Assembly: GCA_030770535.1 (NCBI GenBank)
Contig: JASVEC010000002.1
Location: forward strand, 1,922,001 to 1,986,000
Direction of reading: 5' to 3'
Length of the DNA stretch: 64,000 nucleotides
From: Batkoa obscura
Lineage: Eukaryota
This document shows, one piece after another, positions 35,281 through 50,294 of this stretch; the first letter of the stretch is position 1; each line of letters begins with the position of its first letter. The position numbers and the translations under genes were made by a program. The notes below the pieces were generated by a model that had not been told where the DNA came from, ran no database searches, and saw only the letters and a list, made by a program, of their open reading frames with translations.

Positions 35281-35660
35281 AAGCTAATTAACTTTTCTGC
35301 TATCCATTAGCTAAAAGATCTAGGTTTGAATGTTTTGGATCTCAGAATGTTTTTTTCCAAGGTTTTCTAAAGCATTGAATTCTGGAACTGAGTATTTAGT
35401 ATAGCATTAGTAGTTGTTGAGCTTCGTTATTGTATTTTAATTTTGATATTAAATTGACAAAGTTGAAACTTTGAATTTATAAAAAAGAATTCTTAAGATT
35501 AACTTCTATGCTTAAATAGTTTGAAAACAACTTAAATTTCCGCCTAAACCCAAAGTTATCAATTGATTACGCAGTTTAAAAATTTAAAAAATTAAAATTA
35601 AATTTGGAATTAAAGAAACAAAAACTCAAATTCAAAATCTTTTTTTATTTCAAAAAACCA

Positions 35661-38630
35661 ATGACTGCTAAAAAGGTCCCCCTTTCTGTAGAAGATTTGC
35701 TAAAGAAGCAAAAAGAAGAGGAAAACGCATTAAAGGTAATTCTATTACTTCCAAAATTCACTATCACCAACTCTATTATATAGCCCAAATTTCTCACAAA
35801 AGAAGAGCGAGCAGCTATCGCTATAAAAAAGAGAGAAGAACAAGTAGAAGCCATACGTAAAAAACGAGAAGAAGATTTAAAAGCTACAAAATTGGCTTAT
35901 GATAAAAACGGGGATTGTAAAAGCATTTTGTCATCTTTACGATTATTATATTAACTCTTATATCATGTTTATAGCTATCAATGATAAATATCAAGATAAA
36001 AACGATAGAAGAGAACGAGATAGAGGAAGAGACAGAGATAGAGACAGAGATAGGGATAGGGATAGAGACAGAGATAGAAATCGTGATAAGAGAAATGATA
36101 GATATAGGGAAAGAGATGGCGATAGGGATAGAAGAAGGGGCGGTGAAAGATATAGGGACAGAAGCCCTAGAAGAGAGGATAGAGGATATGAAAGGGAGAG
36201 ATCAAGAAGAGATAAGGATTCTATTAAAAGACCAGATTTAGATACTCCAGCCGAAGAAAAACCAAGTGAAGTAGAATTAGAGGCTATTAGAGTAAGTAAA
36301 TAATATACCAAAATAGAACAATTAAACATTTGTTTAGCAAAGATATATGGGAGGAGGATTAAACTCGAATCGAAAAGTACGTAAAATTAACGAAAGAAAA
36401 TTTGTATTTGACTGGGATGCTAACGAGGATACATCCAAGGATCATAATCCATTATATAGTCAACGGCATTTACCACAATTATTTGGTAGGGGTAAGTTTG
36501 CTGGTTATGATGATAATGATAAAGTTAATGAACCGGGTAAATTTTATGATCATCTTTTACACCAAAGACGTAATGAAGATGAAAAATCAAGAGCTAGGTA
36601 AGAAAGATTTTTATAAAAGTTGTTTAAAGTTTATAAAATTTATTTTATTTAGAGCATTTAATGGTATTAATAAACAAAAGGAAGAAAAGGTAATGTGGAA
36701 AGAAAGACACTGGAGTGAAAAATCTTTGGATGAGATGAAAGAAAGAGATTGGCGTATTTTTAGAGAAGATTTTAGTATTTCTACTAAAGGTAATTTAATA
36801 TTATTAATTGATTTATAATATATTTTATTATAAGATGTATATTAATTTGTAATATAATCTAGGTGGTAATATACCGAAACCAATACGTAGTTGGGAAGAA
36901 TCTAATTTGCCTACTGAATTTAAAGAAGTAATTAAAAAAGTAGGATATAAAGAGCCAACACCAATTCAAAGGCAAGCTATTCCAATTGGTTTACAAAATA
37001 GAGATATTATTGGTATTGCAGAAACTGGTAATTTACTATGTTATCATTAGATTGTTAATTTTATTATAAAAATTATCATAGGTTCTGGTAAAACTGCATC
37101 TTTTGTTATTCCCATGTTGGCTTTTATTTCCAAATTACCTTCTCTTAAAAATAATATTGAATTACAAGAAAAGGGTCCTTATGCTGTTATCTTAGCTCCT
37201 ACTCGTGAATTGGCTCAACAAATTGAACAAGAAACTAAAAAGTTTGCCGAACCAATTGGTTGCAAATGTATTTCTATTATTGGTGGAGTAAGTATTTTAG
37301 TTATTTAATATTTAGATTTTTAATTTATTTTTTAAAATAGCATAGTATTAGAGATCAAGCATATAATCTTAGAGAAGGAGCTGAAATAGTAATAGCAACA
37401 CCTGGTCGATTAAGAGATTGTTTAGAACAAAAAATCATTGTATTCACACAGTGTACTTATTTAGTTATGGATGAAGTAATTTTTCATATCTGGTATTTTT
37501 AGTAATATTTATTAGTATTAACATTCATTTTTAAGGCAGATCGTATGGTTGATATGGGATTCGAGACGGATGTTAATTATATCCTTGAAGCTTTTCCAGT
37601 AAGTAATTTAAGACCTGAAACAGCTCCATTTGCTCAAATTGATGATAATGGTAACGAAACTGAAGATAAAGAAGAACTTAAAATTTATCGTCAAACCATT
37701 ATGTTCAGTGCTACTATGCCGCCACCTGTGGAAAGAATTGCAAGAAAGTAAATGATACTTTTTATATTTAATTTTTATAATGTGTGTTAAAATTAAAATT
37801 AGATTTATGCGATTACCCGTTACTGTCACTATTGGTAATGCTGGTCAAGCTGTAGAATCAGTTAAACAAATTGTGGAGATGGTCAATGATGATAATCAAA
37901 AACGGTAATCTATTATTTTTTTATTATATAATTAATTGTAATTATTAATATATAACATTATAGTAACAAAATTGCTACTATATTACAAGAAGGATATGAA
38001 CCACCCATTATTATCTTTGCAAATCAAATCAAAACGTGTGATAAGATTTCCACCGATATTTCTAAACTGGGGGTAATACTTATATTATATTATATTGTTA
38101 TCTAGTAATTTTTAATATTTAATTTTTATTTTAGTATCGTTCTGTTATCTTACATGGTAGAAAAACACAAGATCAACGGTAAATTTGTTTTTAAAACTTT
38201 ATTCAAACTTATATATTAAATATTTTAATTGTTAGTGAAAATGCTTTAGATCAATTAAAATCTGGTAAAGCGGATGTATTAGTGGCTACCGATGTAGCTG
38301 CTCGTGGTATTGATGTTAAAGATGTATCCTTAGTGGTCAACTATGATATGGCAAATAAAATTGAAAGTAAGATTAAATTAATATAATATATTAGTAATGC
38401 TACAAAGAAATTAATATTAACACCAATTTCATCAAGGTTATACTCATCGTATTGGACGTACAGGACGTGCAGGTAAAACAGGAACAGCAATTACTTTCTT
38501 AACTAGAGATGATAGTGAAGTTTTCTTTGACTTGCGTCAAATGTTATTAAAAGCTAAAGCTTTTATTCCACCCGAACTTAATAATCATGAAGCAGCTAAA
38601 ATTAAACCTGGAGGCGGGTTTAATCATTAA
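35661..38630 (+). CDS. PRP28: Pre-mRNA splicing DEAD-box helicase Prp28 / DDX23; multi-exon
   Basis: [21 protein letters not shown] repeats, [59 protein letters not shown] (split by an intron), [13 protein letters not shown]. Confidence 0.96.
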
Positions 38631-39267
38631 ATTGAGGTCTAAGGAGCATCAATAGGAAGTTTAACTCTATATTGTGGCCTAGAGATGATTAGCTTATGTA
38701 ATCAATAAAAAAATTGTTTTTCTAATTGATTATTATGTTTCATCACCGACTATATATTATTTTTGAGTTTTATAAGTTTTATTGTTTTTCTACTTTCAAT
38801 TTAAGCTTGAAATTGAAATAAATTGGACAAGGTAGTTCTCGATCTGAGGTTTGAAGTCTAGTTTGATCCAAAATAACCTACAGGCCACTGATAGATTAGG
38901 CTATAAGTATTAAGATAACTTTTATAAGACACTGTAAAAAAACTAGAAAATTAAATTAAAATAGTATATTTCAATTAAAGATATATAATATAAATATATT
39001 AAGCCAATAGATAATACCATCTTTAAACATTAGAAATAATGACTAAATTTCTTTTTTCACTTTTCTTTATAAGCTTAAGCTAAAATTTTAACTTTATTAA
39101 TTCAATAAACTCAAAATATAATATCAACACCAATTTTCAACAAACTACCCTTAATAATACAAATAATCAAATTATTGAGCTTTAATCATTTAGAAAACCT
39201 TCCAAGCGAACCTTCTGAAATCCATAGCAGTTGAAATTCGATAATATCAACCCTGTCTCTTTTAGAA

Positions 39268-39880
39268 TTGGTAAATGGTACAAAAGTTGATGCGTTTAAA
39301 GCTAGAAAATCTCCAAGAAACTACAGTAATGTGTTTCATGTGAGTAGTACCGATTTAAATAGTTATAACTTTACTATCTTTGTTCTTGAAGCCAGTAATG
39401 ATTTGATTGAGAAAAAACTTAGTTTGAATAATCAATTATATAACAATTGCCGCTTTGATGAGAATTACATATCCATGATTGACGAGACCCCTTCTCTTAC
39501 TTTAACCTGCTCCACTTTTATTTGTGAAGGAGAACCATATTCCGCTTGAGAGTTATATAAACAATTTAAGCTTGAATCAGAACAAATGAAGGTAAGAGTC
39601 AAACACACCAAAAAAGGTTTTGAATAAGAGCTTTCAGTAATGAAAAAGATGGGCTCCAGTGAAACTAAGTACTATTTTATCCAGAATAACTCTAGATTTA
39701 AAGTTATCGATATTCATAAAGTAATTGAACTTATTAGGAAATATAAAGATGGGTGAGAAATTGTTAGTACCATATAATCATTTTTATCATTTGATTCTTT
39801 TTAATATTTTGATATTGAAGATAATAATTTTATCAATAGAATTACTTCATTAATATGATTTCATTTAGGTTTGTTAACTA
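39268..39880 (+). pseudogene. Degenerate gene copy of unknown family (inverted paralog of 34680-35280)
   Basis: Same peptide; several stops downstream of the shared TGA. Confidence 0.6.
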
Positions 39881-40200
39881 GTAGTGTATTTTAGGCTTAT
39901 CTCATGTGGTGCTTTTATATATTAAATAACCCACTATATTAGTATTTCAAATTATAACTTCATATGTTTTTAATTATTATTATTTTGTTATTAATAATAA
40001 TGCCATTATAATTAGTATTAAATATAAGTCCTACTTTTCATACTCTGATAGGCCTATTGCTATTAAATATTCTACTTTGCATTTTGAAATGAATATCAAA
40101 TCAACATTAAATAACCTTAATTAAATTATAAGATGTTATAAGTTTTAGTATCAATTAATTCTAAACCTTGCTTTGCCTATTTAATCTAAATATAGTATAT

Positions 40201-40294
40201 TGGGATGCTTTTTAGTTCATCATTTTTGCCATTTTTAAGCGCTATTTAAATGGAAAGGCTGCTAGCAAAATTCCTAAACAAAAAATACACTTCT
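40201..40294 (-). mobile_element. MITE family A, degenerate copy
   Basis: TGGGATG...TTTTAAGCGCTATTT...AAAATACACTTCT with ATAT on both sides. Confidence 0.7.
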
Positions 40295-40363
40295 ATATAA
40301 AGATTACTTTTTCATATTCTAATTAACTAAGATTCGTTTATTCCTTATTTATTTTCCAAGAAA

Positions 40364-42355
40364 TCAATTTTTTTGAAAAAAATCATCAGCAATTTGTTTC
40401 CATTGCTCATATGGGAAAAATATAATTCTTGGTCCTGGATAAGGTTTGTGGTAGCTAGCTCTAATCCAAGTAAATTCTAAAGGTCTATTACCATGTTTTT
40501 CACTATTTAATTTTGAAAAATTTCTTGTAGAATAAGCTTCACGAATTGTTAATGAAAGTAAAGCTTCAACTGGGAATTGCTTTGGTGCATCTGGATGATC
40601 TCTTAACCCAAGTTCATCTAAATCTTTTAATAAATGCTCAAAATCATAAACAGTTCCTCCTTGATTAGATGCAGCAGTAGCTTCCTGCCCTTGTATCCCT
40701 CCCATAGCATACGTAGTGACTCCATGCATCTCTTGAAGTCCATTGACTAATAAAGAACAAGTTGAATAGCATATAGAATTAGTAACCACAGCTAGTTTGT
40801 TTAATGGAAATGGAGGTAAAAGGCTATCTGATTTATTATTATATTCCTTATTCATCATCAAATGTAATGGATTTGGTCCACATTGATCGTCAAATAAAGA
40901 AGTATAATGTGCTGAAGCACCTCCTCTAAAATATCGATTGTTACCAACAAAATCTTCACTATTACTAAATGGACGTCCATTTGGTTTAAGCCAATAGTTA
41001 AAGTTGAAAACACTTCCATCTCTATTGTCTCTATCTGCCATCATTAACATTAATTTAGATGCACGCATATCTGTATCAAAATATCTTTTATCAGAGTGTG
41101 GAAATAAATAGTTCAATATATAGTATCCCCAACAGATTACTCCTCCTCCATTATTACTAACATCTAAGATCAATTTTTCAGCTCCTTTGCGTTTGAGTGC
41201 ACGGAAACCATTAGCTGCTTCTTTCAAAAAAGCTTGTTCACTACTCGCTACAAAACTAGCAATTGTCATTACACCTGTGCTATTATTCACCATCCAAGTT
41301 TGTATTACTTCACCTGAAGTTAATGGATTTTTTAATGGATCTTCATCCAAAGTTTTAATAGCAGAAGTCAACGGATGATCTAATTTTTCATAAACTACTT
41401 TAGGTACTTGCATTACTTTAGATTGAGGTAATTTAGGATCAAATCCAGGTTGAGGGGATTTAATTCGAAATTCTTTATAAGCACAATATTTTTTATAGAA
41501 CTCTTTACTATCTTTAAAATCCATCGGACTAGAAGCTAAATAGGGTATTGTAACTGTTTCACTACCTCCTTTTTTAAGTTTAATGGTGTAAGTTATTGCT
41601 GATTTATTAGGTATAGAAACAGTTGCAGTAAATCCACCATTAGCAATACCCCATTTACCACCCCTCTGCATTACTCTAGCCAAAGCTAAATTAATTCTTG
41701 AATTGATATCTTTAGATACACCAATCATAGTATTAGCATAGCGAATAAAATAATCTAATGGAGGAATGCCATCGATTAATATAATCTCACTACCAGCATA
41801 CCTTTTAATATCAAACCCCATTTTATTCCAAGTTTCTTCTAAGCCATCACCTAATGTAAATTTAGGTAATATTAAAAACTTTTGACCACCAAAATCCTCA
41901 CTTACAGTAACAATTGGAAAGGGTTGACAAAATATAAATGAGGAAAAACAACCAGAAGAATAACCTGTGTGCCCATCATTCAATTGATGGAATAAATTAA
42001 CTAAATCATTTTGAAAGTTCATTTCATACTGGTAGCTTTTATACCCAATTTTACGAATTTCTTCAATCAAATCTAATTTCAAAGGTATTTTAGGTTCTGG
42101 CGAGGATTTAGCTATATCTAAAAATGCATAGAATGGAAGAGCTTTCTTTAAGGTATCTAAAGTATTCTCACGTACTGTTTCATTAAAAGGGAACTCTTTA
42201 TAACATCTAATAGCTTCATCATAAGTCACTATCTGTTTACCAGCAATTAAATAACAACCATCATGGGGATCTGTAGACGAAAGAAAATGCTGACGAGAAC
42301 CATTTACATTTAAAAACAAATAAAATAAAATTCCTAAACCTAAAATTAGCTGCAT
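40364..42355 (-). CDS. Secreted S41-family (CPAF/tail-specific-like) serine peptidase, intronless
   Basis: Signal peptide from MQLILGLG; LNDGHT, KLILDVSNNGGG and CYSTCS motifs. The longer ORF start at 42559 lies outside the region shared with the paralog. Confidence 0.87.
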   Translation of the reverse strand: MQLILGLGILFYLFLNVNGSRQHFLSSTDPHDGCYLIAGKQIVTYDEAIRCYKEFPFNETVRENTLDTLKKALPFYAFLDIAKSSPEPKIPLKLDLIEEIRKIGYKSYQYEMNFQNDLVNLFHQLNDGHTGYSSGCFSSFIFCQPFPIVTVSEDFGGQKFLILPKFTLGDGLEETWNKMGFDIKRYAGSEIILIDGIPPLDYFIRYANTMIGVSKDINSRINLALARVMQRGGKWGIANGGFTATVSIPNKSAITYTIKLKKGGSETVTIPYLASSPMDFKDSKEFYKKYCAYKEFRIKSPQPGFDPKLPQSKVMQVPKVVYEKLDHPLTSAIKTLDEDPLKNPLTSGEVIQTWMVNNSTGVMTIASFVASSEQAFLKEAANGFRALKRKGAEKLILDVSNNGGGVICWGYYILNYLFPHSDKRYFDTDMRASKLMLMMADRDNRDGSVFNFNYWLKPNGRPFSNSEDFVGNNRYFRGGASAHYTSLFDDQCGPNPLHLMMNKEYNNKSDSLLPPFPLNKLAVVTNSICYSTCSLLVNGLQEMHGVTTYAMGGIQGQEATAASNQGGTVYDFEHLLKDLDELGLRDHPDAPKQFPVEALLSLTIREAYSTRNFSKLNSEKHGNRPLEFTWIRASYHKPYPGPRIIFFPYEQWKQIADDFFQKN

Positions 42356-43534
42356 TTTGTATTTTAAAAAATAAAATAGTGTTGTACATTTTTTTACTTT
42401 TATCATGTCATTAAATTCATGTGTTAAGTTCTTGACGTTCTTAGTTTTAATTAAGAGAGTGTTGCTATTAATCTTTGTTCTTATGGATATTTTTAATACT
42501 AATTTAGGAATCCTTATAAATCTTTTATCACCTGGATTAAAAATTAATCTAACTGCCAAATTATATTAAGCGTAGAGCTTGGGATTCCAATTTTGTATTT
42601 GGCGAACACAAAGATAGAAAAAGTAGACCCAAATAAATTCAGCAAATACGAAATTGAAAATTACCAATTCTATGTTTAATAAAATTTATAGTAATTTACG
42701 GTTCATGATATTCTGCAAACCTGTAGGGGGGAAGTATTTCATAGTTTGGTTATTTGTCTGCTTATTAAATGCTATTAAATGAAAAAAGTGTACTAGAATT
42801 CTTACATAGAAAAGATATACTTACTATGTATAATTTTCGGGCTCAAACAAACTGATTCTAACGCCGTTCTTTGGCTTTCTCATTTAATTTTGTTAATAAA
42901 TGACTCAATCTTAAAATGATATTATACTTTACTCTAGATGACAGTTTTAATTATAAAGTTTATCCATAACAAAGTTAACTGTTTAACTTGCCTTTCTATT
43001 CAGTCTTATCCTGTAATCTATATATCTAAACAGATCAAAATTTAAAACAATTTTCTACCTCCAACAATGATACAATTGGAAGGTTTACTTATTCAAATTA
43101 TTTAAAAAATTATTTATTTATCAATAACCCTTTAACTTGTTTACGCTAATCGAACTCCTTATATTAGTAATAATTATACTGTTACCATAATATAAAGTAT
43201 AATAAATAGCTAATAATAGTAACGCTCATTATAATAACTCTTATTATTATATTGGAGAACAAAAACGCATTTATAGTAATAGATTAAGTTAGAATAGCAA
43301 GTAGTGATTTACAAACTACAATCCCTATTTTCACTGGATTTAATAACAGAAAAAAACGAATTTATAAACGTTGATTTATATTAAGGTCCTGATAATATGA
43401 CATTTATTAATCCTGAGCTCTTGTAAATATAAATATAAGGTTAATAATATGTATAAAAGTGTTAAAATACGGGTTTAATAAAAAAATAGTTTAATAAAAA
43501 ATTTATGAAAACTAACAAATGCTTGATACCATTT

Positions 43535-43632
43535 GGGAGTGTTTTTTCTGGCTTTATTACTTTTCCATCTTTTAAGCGCTATTTGCGTGGAAAGATTATT
43601 AGTAAAATTCTTAAACACAAAAATACATCCCC
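43535..43632 (-). mobile_element. MITE family A copy
   Basis: GGGAGTG...ACATCCCC with ATTT on both sides. Confidence 0.88.
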
Positions 43633-43756
43633 ATTTGTTTATTAATTGTTATGTTTAAAATGACAGTGTTCTTAATTATTGTCATTATAAATGCTTCTAC
43701 AAATCAAATGTAGCAAACATTTCTAAAATAATGTCAGAAATTTAAGCCTACTATTT

Positions 43757-43850
43757 GGGGGTCTACTTTGTTGTTTAGAATTTTACTAGCAATTTTTTCA
43801 CTCAAATAGTACTTAAGAAACAGAAAAAATGAAGCCAAAAAAATACTCCC
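43757..43850 (+). mobile_element. MITE family A copy
   Basis: GGGGG...ATACTCCC with ATTT on both sides. Confidence 0.82.
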
Positions 43851-44058
43851 ATTTCTATATAGTGTCTATAAAACAAAAGATTTGACTTTATTTAATAGAT
43901 TAGATTATGTAACCTTGTTTAATAAACTTAATAAAATACTTTAATATAATCCGTCACTTATTTATCTATAAAATTCCTTTGATTTAAAATACTATTGATT
44001 AAGTTAAATCGATATTAAATTAAAAAATCTAATTGAATATTGGTAGATTATACTATAT

Positions 44059-44155
44059 GGAGGGGGTGTTTTTTTGTTCAAGAATTTTACTAACGATCTT
44101 TCCACTCAAATAGTCTTAAAAAGTAGAAAAGTAGTGAAACCAAAAAAACATCCCC
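44059..44155 (+). mobile_element. MITE family A copy
   Basis: GGAGGGGGTG...ACATCCCC with ATAT on both sides. Confidence 0.88.
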
Positions 44156-44779
44156 ATATGTTAAAATTGATAAAATGCCTTATGAAATTCAAATCTATAA
44201 AATATTAATGTTAATAAAATAATAGGCAGTGTTATCACTGACTTAAATTAATAAGAATAATACATTGATAATTCAATTATCATTTAATTCTAAACATTTT
44301 AAGATAAAAAATAGTACTATCATTTTTCCAAACTTCTTGGCAAACAATGATATTAGATCAGAGATAATATTTTAAATTCTAATATTGAACTAAATAGCTA
44401 TAAGTTATACATAAATTATATAGCTTTATATTAAACTATGTATATGCTTTATATCTAAATAAAATAAATTAATCTCTATACGTTGATATCTTGAATAATT
44501 TTTAATATTACTATTATCACTAATTTTAAAAACTTTCAAAAAAATTTGACGTTTGCCAATTTTTGCCAATCTAAAATGAGCAAAGCCATAATATTAAAGT
44601 GGCACTTAAACCAAACCTTAAATTTTTTTTTGCTAAATTTCAATTTTTCTTAGCAAACCAAATCATCCTAGCTTACGAAAAATAGACCAAACCTTTTAAA
44701 ATTACATCACTATTTGGTATAAATTAAAATTAAAGATTAGAAAGTTCTTTATTTATAAATATTCAAAAAAAAATTCAAC

Positions 44780-45986
44780 ATGAGTAATAACGAATGGCCC
44801 GATTTTAAAGTAAGAGTAGTTTTATATATATTTAAAACAATAAGTATTAATAATTATATATAAGTTACCAGAAGCACCAACTGCTAAGTTAATCCTTGTA
44901 AGTAATATCTCCCCTGTTACTGATGAAAAAGTTGGTAAGTTTTATTAATTTATAAATCATTTTAATTCAATATTTATATTTCTTATAGTCAAAGACTTTT
45001 TCTTGTTCTGTGGTAAAATTGAACAATTTTTAATTATACCGTAAGTTTCTTTTTTAATCCTTTAATGTTAAATATTAATCTCTTTTAGTGCTGAAGATAA
45101 CGAAAGTAATAAAGCTTTAATTTTATTTGAAAAAGGTAAGCTATTAGAAGAGTATGTTGAATTAGAATTTGGCTGAATTAATTGTTATAGAATCTGCTGC
45201 AAAAACTGCCCTTATGCTCACCAATGCTTCGATTGGAGAACGTAATATACTTGTTGAACCTTATTATAAGGAAGATTTTCCAACACCAAAAGTGAGTGAA
45301 ATTCAAAGAGCTCAAAATGCTAATTCAACCACCGCTTCCTCAGAACAAACTGCTCAAGGGGTAATTAATTCTATTTAGTTATTTAATAATGTATTTACAT
45401 TGTTTAGGGAAATTCTTTTTTTAATAGTATTATAAATACTGGTATTCAACTTTCGCAAAAAGTAATTCAAACTGGTAAAGAAATTGATACTCAATATGGG
45501 GTTTCAACTCAAGTTAAAAGCTATATTGAACGTGCAAAGGAGGAAACTAAAAAACTTGATGAAAAATACCATGTAAGTGAAAGAGCTACTGAATTAGATA
45601 AAAAATTAGGCGTTACTTCTACTATAAATACAGCTGCTGCTACAGTCTCTTCTTTAAGTCATCAAGCACTTGAAACTGAACAAGGTAAAAAAGTAAGTGG
45701 ATTTGTACAAACTGCTGTACGTTCCGTTGAAGGTGTAAGAGATGAAGCTTTAAAAGCATTGAATATTCCAGTCAATCATAATACTCAACCAAGCACATCT
45801 ACTACTTCTGAATCAAATACTTATCATGCTAATATATTACCCAACAATGATTATACTCCAATTCCAGAAGATCTAAAAGAAAAAGATATTAAAATGGATG
45901 TTAAAGAGGAGGTCAAGGATGTTAAGGAGAAACCAAAAGAGGATGAGATTAAGGATAATACGCAGTCTTCATCAAAACCTGAATAA
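44780..45986 (+). CDS. Vip1-like RRM-domain protein; multi-exon
   Basis: VSNISPVTDEKVVKDFFLFCGKI...FEKESAAKTALMLTNA RRM, followed by repeated DxKYxVS helical segments typical of fungal Vip1. Confidence 0.8.
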
Positions 45987-46197
45987 GAAGGAATTTTGTA
46001 GTCTTAATTTTTAACAATAAATGAAATCTATATCATATATTTTTATTATTTTTATTATTTTTATTATTTGGTTAAAATTTAATATTGATTCTACATTGAA
46101 ATTTTAATATAGAAAAAGATTAGAAAATACTCATCATATTGAATTGACCTTTAAAGATTGAAATGTAATAAACAATTCAATCCATTTTTATTGTGTT

Positions 46198-47695
<1,498 letters not shown>

Positions 47696-48669
47696 TTTGA
47701 AATAGAGATGTTTTTGAATTTCTCGAAATTCATTTTGACGTAGTGAATTTGATTTGATTTGATTTGATTTGTGTGAGTTAAAATTCAATTATTTTTTAGT
47801 GAGCTAAAAATAGATTATAATACGGCTCAATTAAAATATAGTCAAAGTTAATAGAACAAGACTATTTAAAATAGTGAGTGTATGAGTAAAAATAATGTAT
47901 TATTTAAACCTCAAGCTACTTTAAAGTTTATAATTATTTTTACAAGACTTTATTGTTCATATATCACTGATGTTGCATTGTTACATCTAACTTGTTAACA
48001 TGTTAATAAATATAAAAACACAATACGCACCATAAAAGTATATCTATTTATTAAAAATAAAACCGATTTCATATTTGTATTTCAACAGACATTTAACAAA
48101 GATGTAAAAACGAAATTCAAATGTAGTAGGTTTAAAACAATAGCAAAAAAGAAAAATAACACAAATATCCTCCACTTATGTTAAGCATCAATCAATTGAG
48201 TCATACTTTCATTATCTAAACTTAACAACCCTTTTTTTTCAATGTTATCTGAGTGCTCAACAATATGTTTACTTAAAGTCGGTTCTGTGGTCATTTTACC
48301 AATATAACAAATTGATTCCCAAACTAACAAAAGTTTATTTCGTAATTTAAGTTTCAAGGGTAACCTAACCATAGAGCTTTTGTTTTTAACTTGAATCAAC
48401 ATTTGTAAAGAATTTAAAAACTTTATCGAGATATAGAATAGGAATCAATAGTATTTATAAATTATACATGTTGATCTTAGTCATGCAATAATTGAATTTT
48501 ACTACCAAATTAACTATTGTGACGATCTGTTTTGTTTTATAAGATTTTAATCATTTTTAAAAAAATTAATGAGATCATCAAGAATCTGATGAATCTAATT
48601 GTTTTTAGTCATTTTTATCTAATTTAAAGTGATAATTCAATATTGAATTTTAGTGTATCTTATATTTGA

Positions 48670-48903
48670 GACACTTTAAAAGTTTGATTCTTTTTGTCTA
48701 ACTTAGATCTTTAGTAAATGTTATGAATTAAACACTAAGTGCTATGAAAGTATGCCTTTTGCTTAATTTTAAAATAATATGTTTGAGCGTTTTTTTATTC
48801 AATATTTATTTGATTTTTCAACTTACGCTACATAGTAAATGGACAAAAAAAGTGAAATAGAAAACTTTGCTCTCGATCTTAACTGAGCTTTTAGACTTAT
48901 TCA
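48670..48903 (+). mobile_element. Repeat family B copy (degenerate)
   Basis: Aligns with 57628-57862 (TAGTAAATGRACAAAAAAAGTGAAATAG core). Confidence 0.65.
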
Positions 48904-49533
48904 TTTGTAAAAATTTAATTATCGCTAGTTATGCAAGTCTATTATCAAAAATTAATCAATGATCTTTGATTGCATAAAATGTTATATTTATTTCAAATAA
49001 TATATAAATAATATTGTTAATTGAAGTTACATCGAACAAGAATATAGTTTATAATCAATTCTTATATAATACATAAATAACTGATAACTCCTAATTGTAA
49101 CAAACCTTTAACAATCCTAGAAACATATGACATTTAGTATGTTAAATAAGCTTTAAATGATTTATTAATCAATAGTTGCTATATAAACATAATGTTTAGT
49201 CCTTTGTTAATTTTTTTAAAAGGTGAATACGTTTAAACTATAAAAGTATTTGTAAAGTAACTGCGTTATCTAATAACCATGTAATTTTAAACATAATGGC
49301 CTATAACTTAATAAATGATAGCTTATTATTATACTATTTATACATTGATATTCAAATCAGAACTATTTTTTTATCTTCTACCTTTTTTAGCGTCTATATT
49401 TACTAAACTATAAATCTTATATTTATGTTTAAAAAGTACCCGTTATCAACGAATAGCGTGTTATTAGAGCCTTAAGGTGAATCAAAATTTATAATTTCAT
49501 GTTTAATATAGTTGTTAGATTCAATAATAATAT

Positions 49534-49630
49534 GGCGATGTATTTTGTATTTGATAATTTTACTACCAATTTTTTCACTCAAATAGGACTTGAAAAATGG
49601 GAAAAGTAATCAAATCAAAAAAACACCCCC
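49534..49630 (+). mobile_element. MITE family A copy
   Basis: GGCGATGT...AACACCCCC with ATAT on both sides. Confidence 0.85.
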
Positions 49631-50294
49631 ATATATTAAATTTTATGTTATAGTATATACATGACATAAAAATGGTATCAAAATACGATTTTATTTATGG
49701 AAATATCGCTATGAACTAAACATCAACTTGTTGCTTGATTTAAACTTCAAAAGTCAATCCAAATCGACTGAGTAAATTTCTTTTGCATTAACGAGACATA
49801 TGAGGTATTGTTGCAAAGATAAGGATAACAATTACACCAAACATCAATTTCTACACGTATTTCGGGTATTCATAAGTATAATACAAAAAACTAGGACCAA
49901 ATAGATCATTATTTGACCTAGCTCTAATTGAAAATGTTTTTTTTGGAGGTAAAAAAATTTAAAATTTAATATGTTTAAATCGGTAGATTAGATGATGAGA
50001 AAAGGTAGAAGGGGGGCTAAACAATTAACTTTATTCTAGATAAGTTTTACATGATTACAACATTCTCTCCGAATTGAATCTTTTATCAAGAATATGAAGT
50101 GAGAAGACTAAAGAATGCCAATTAAAACCATTCAATTTGAACCAGAACTTTGCCCATTAAGTTATTGTTTCAGCAGTCACTTTTCATTGTTTAAAACGGG
50201 ATAACTACTATTGGCTAACCTCAAATCACATGAATTTAGTGACGTGATAAAAGTAAAAAAATGTACAACACTATTTTATTTTTTAAAATACAAA

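Noticed and set aside
35981..36329. Overlapping ORFs with IE and LS repeats
   Set aside because: Alternate frames and antisense of the RD-repeat exon of PRP28.
39547..39549. Shared in-frame TGA as selenocysteine
   Set aside because: No redox motif context, no SECIS identified, and both copies have other stops or frameshifts.
42356..42559. N-terminal extensions of the S41 ORFs (also 50211-50294)
   Set aside because: They use non-ATG starts, homology between copies stops ~70 nt upstream of MQLILG, and the signal peptide begins there.
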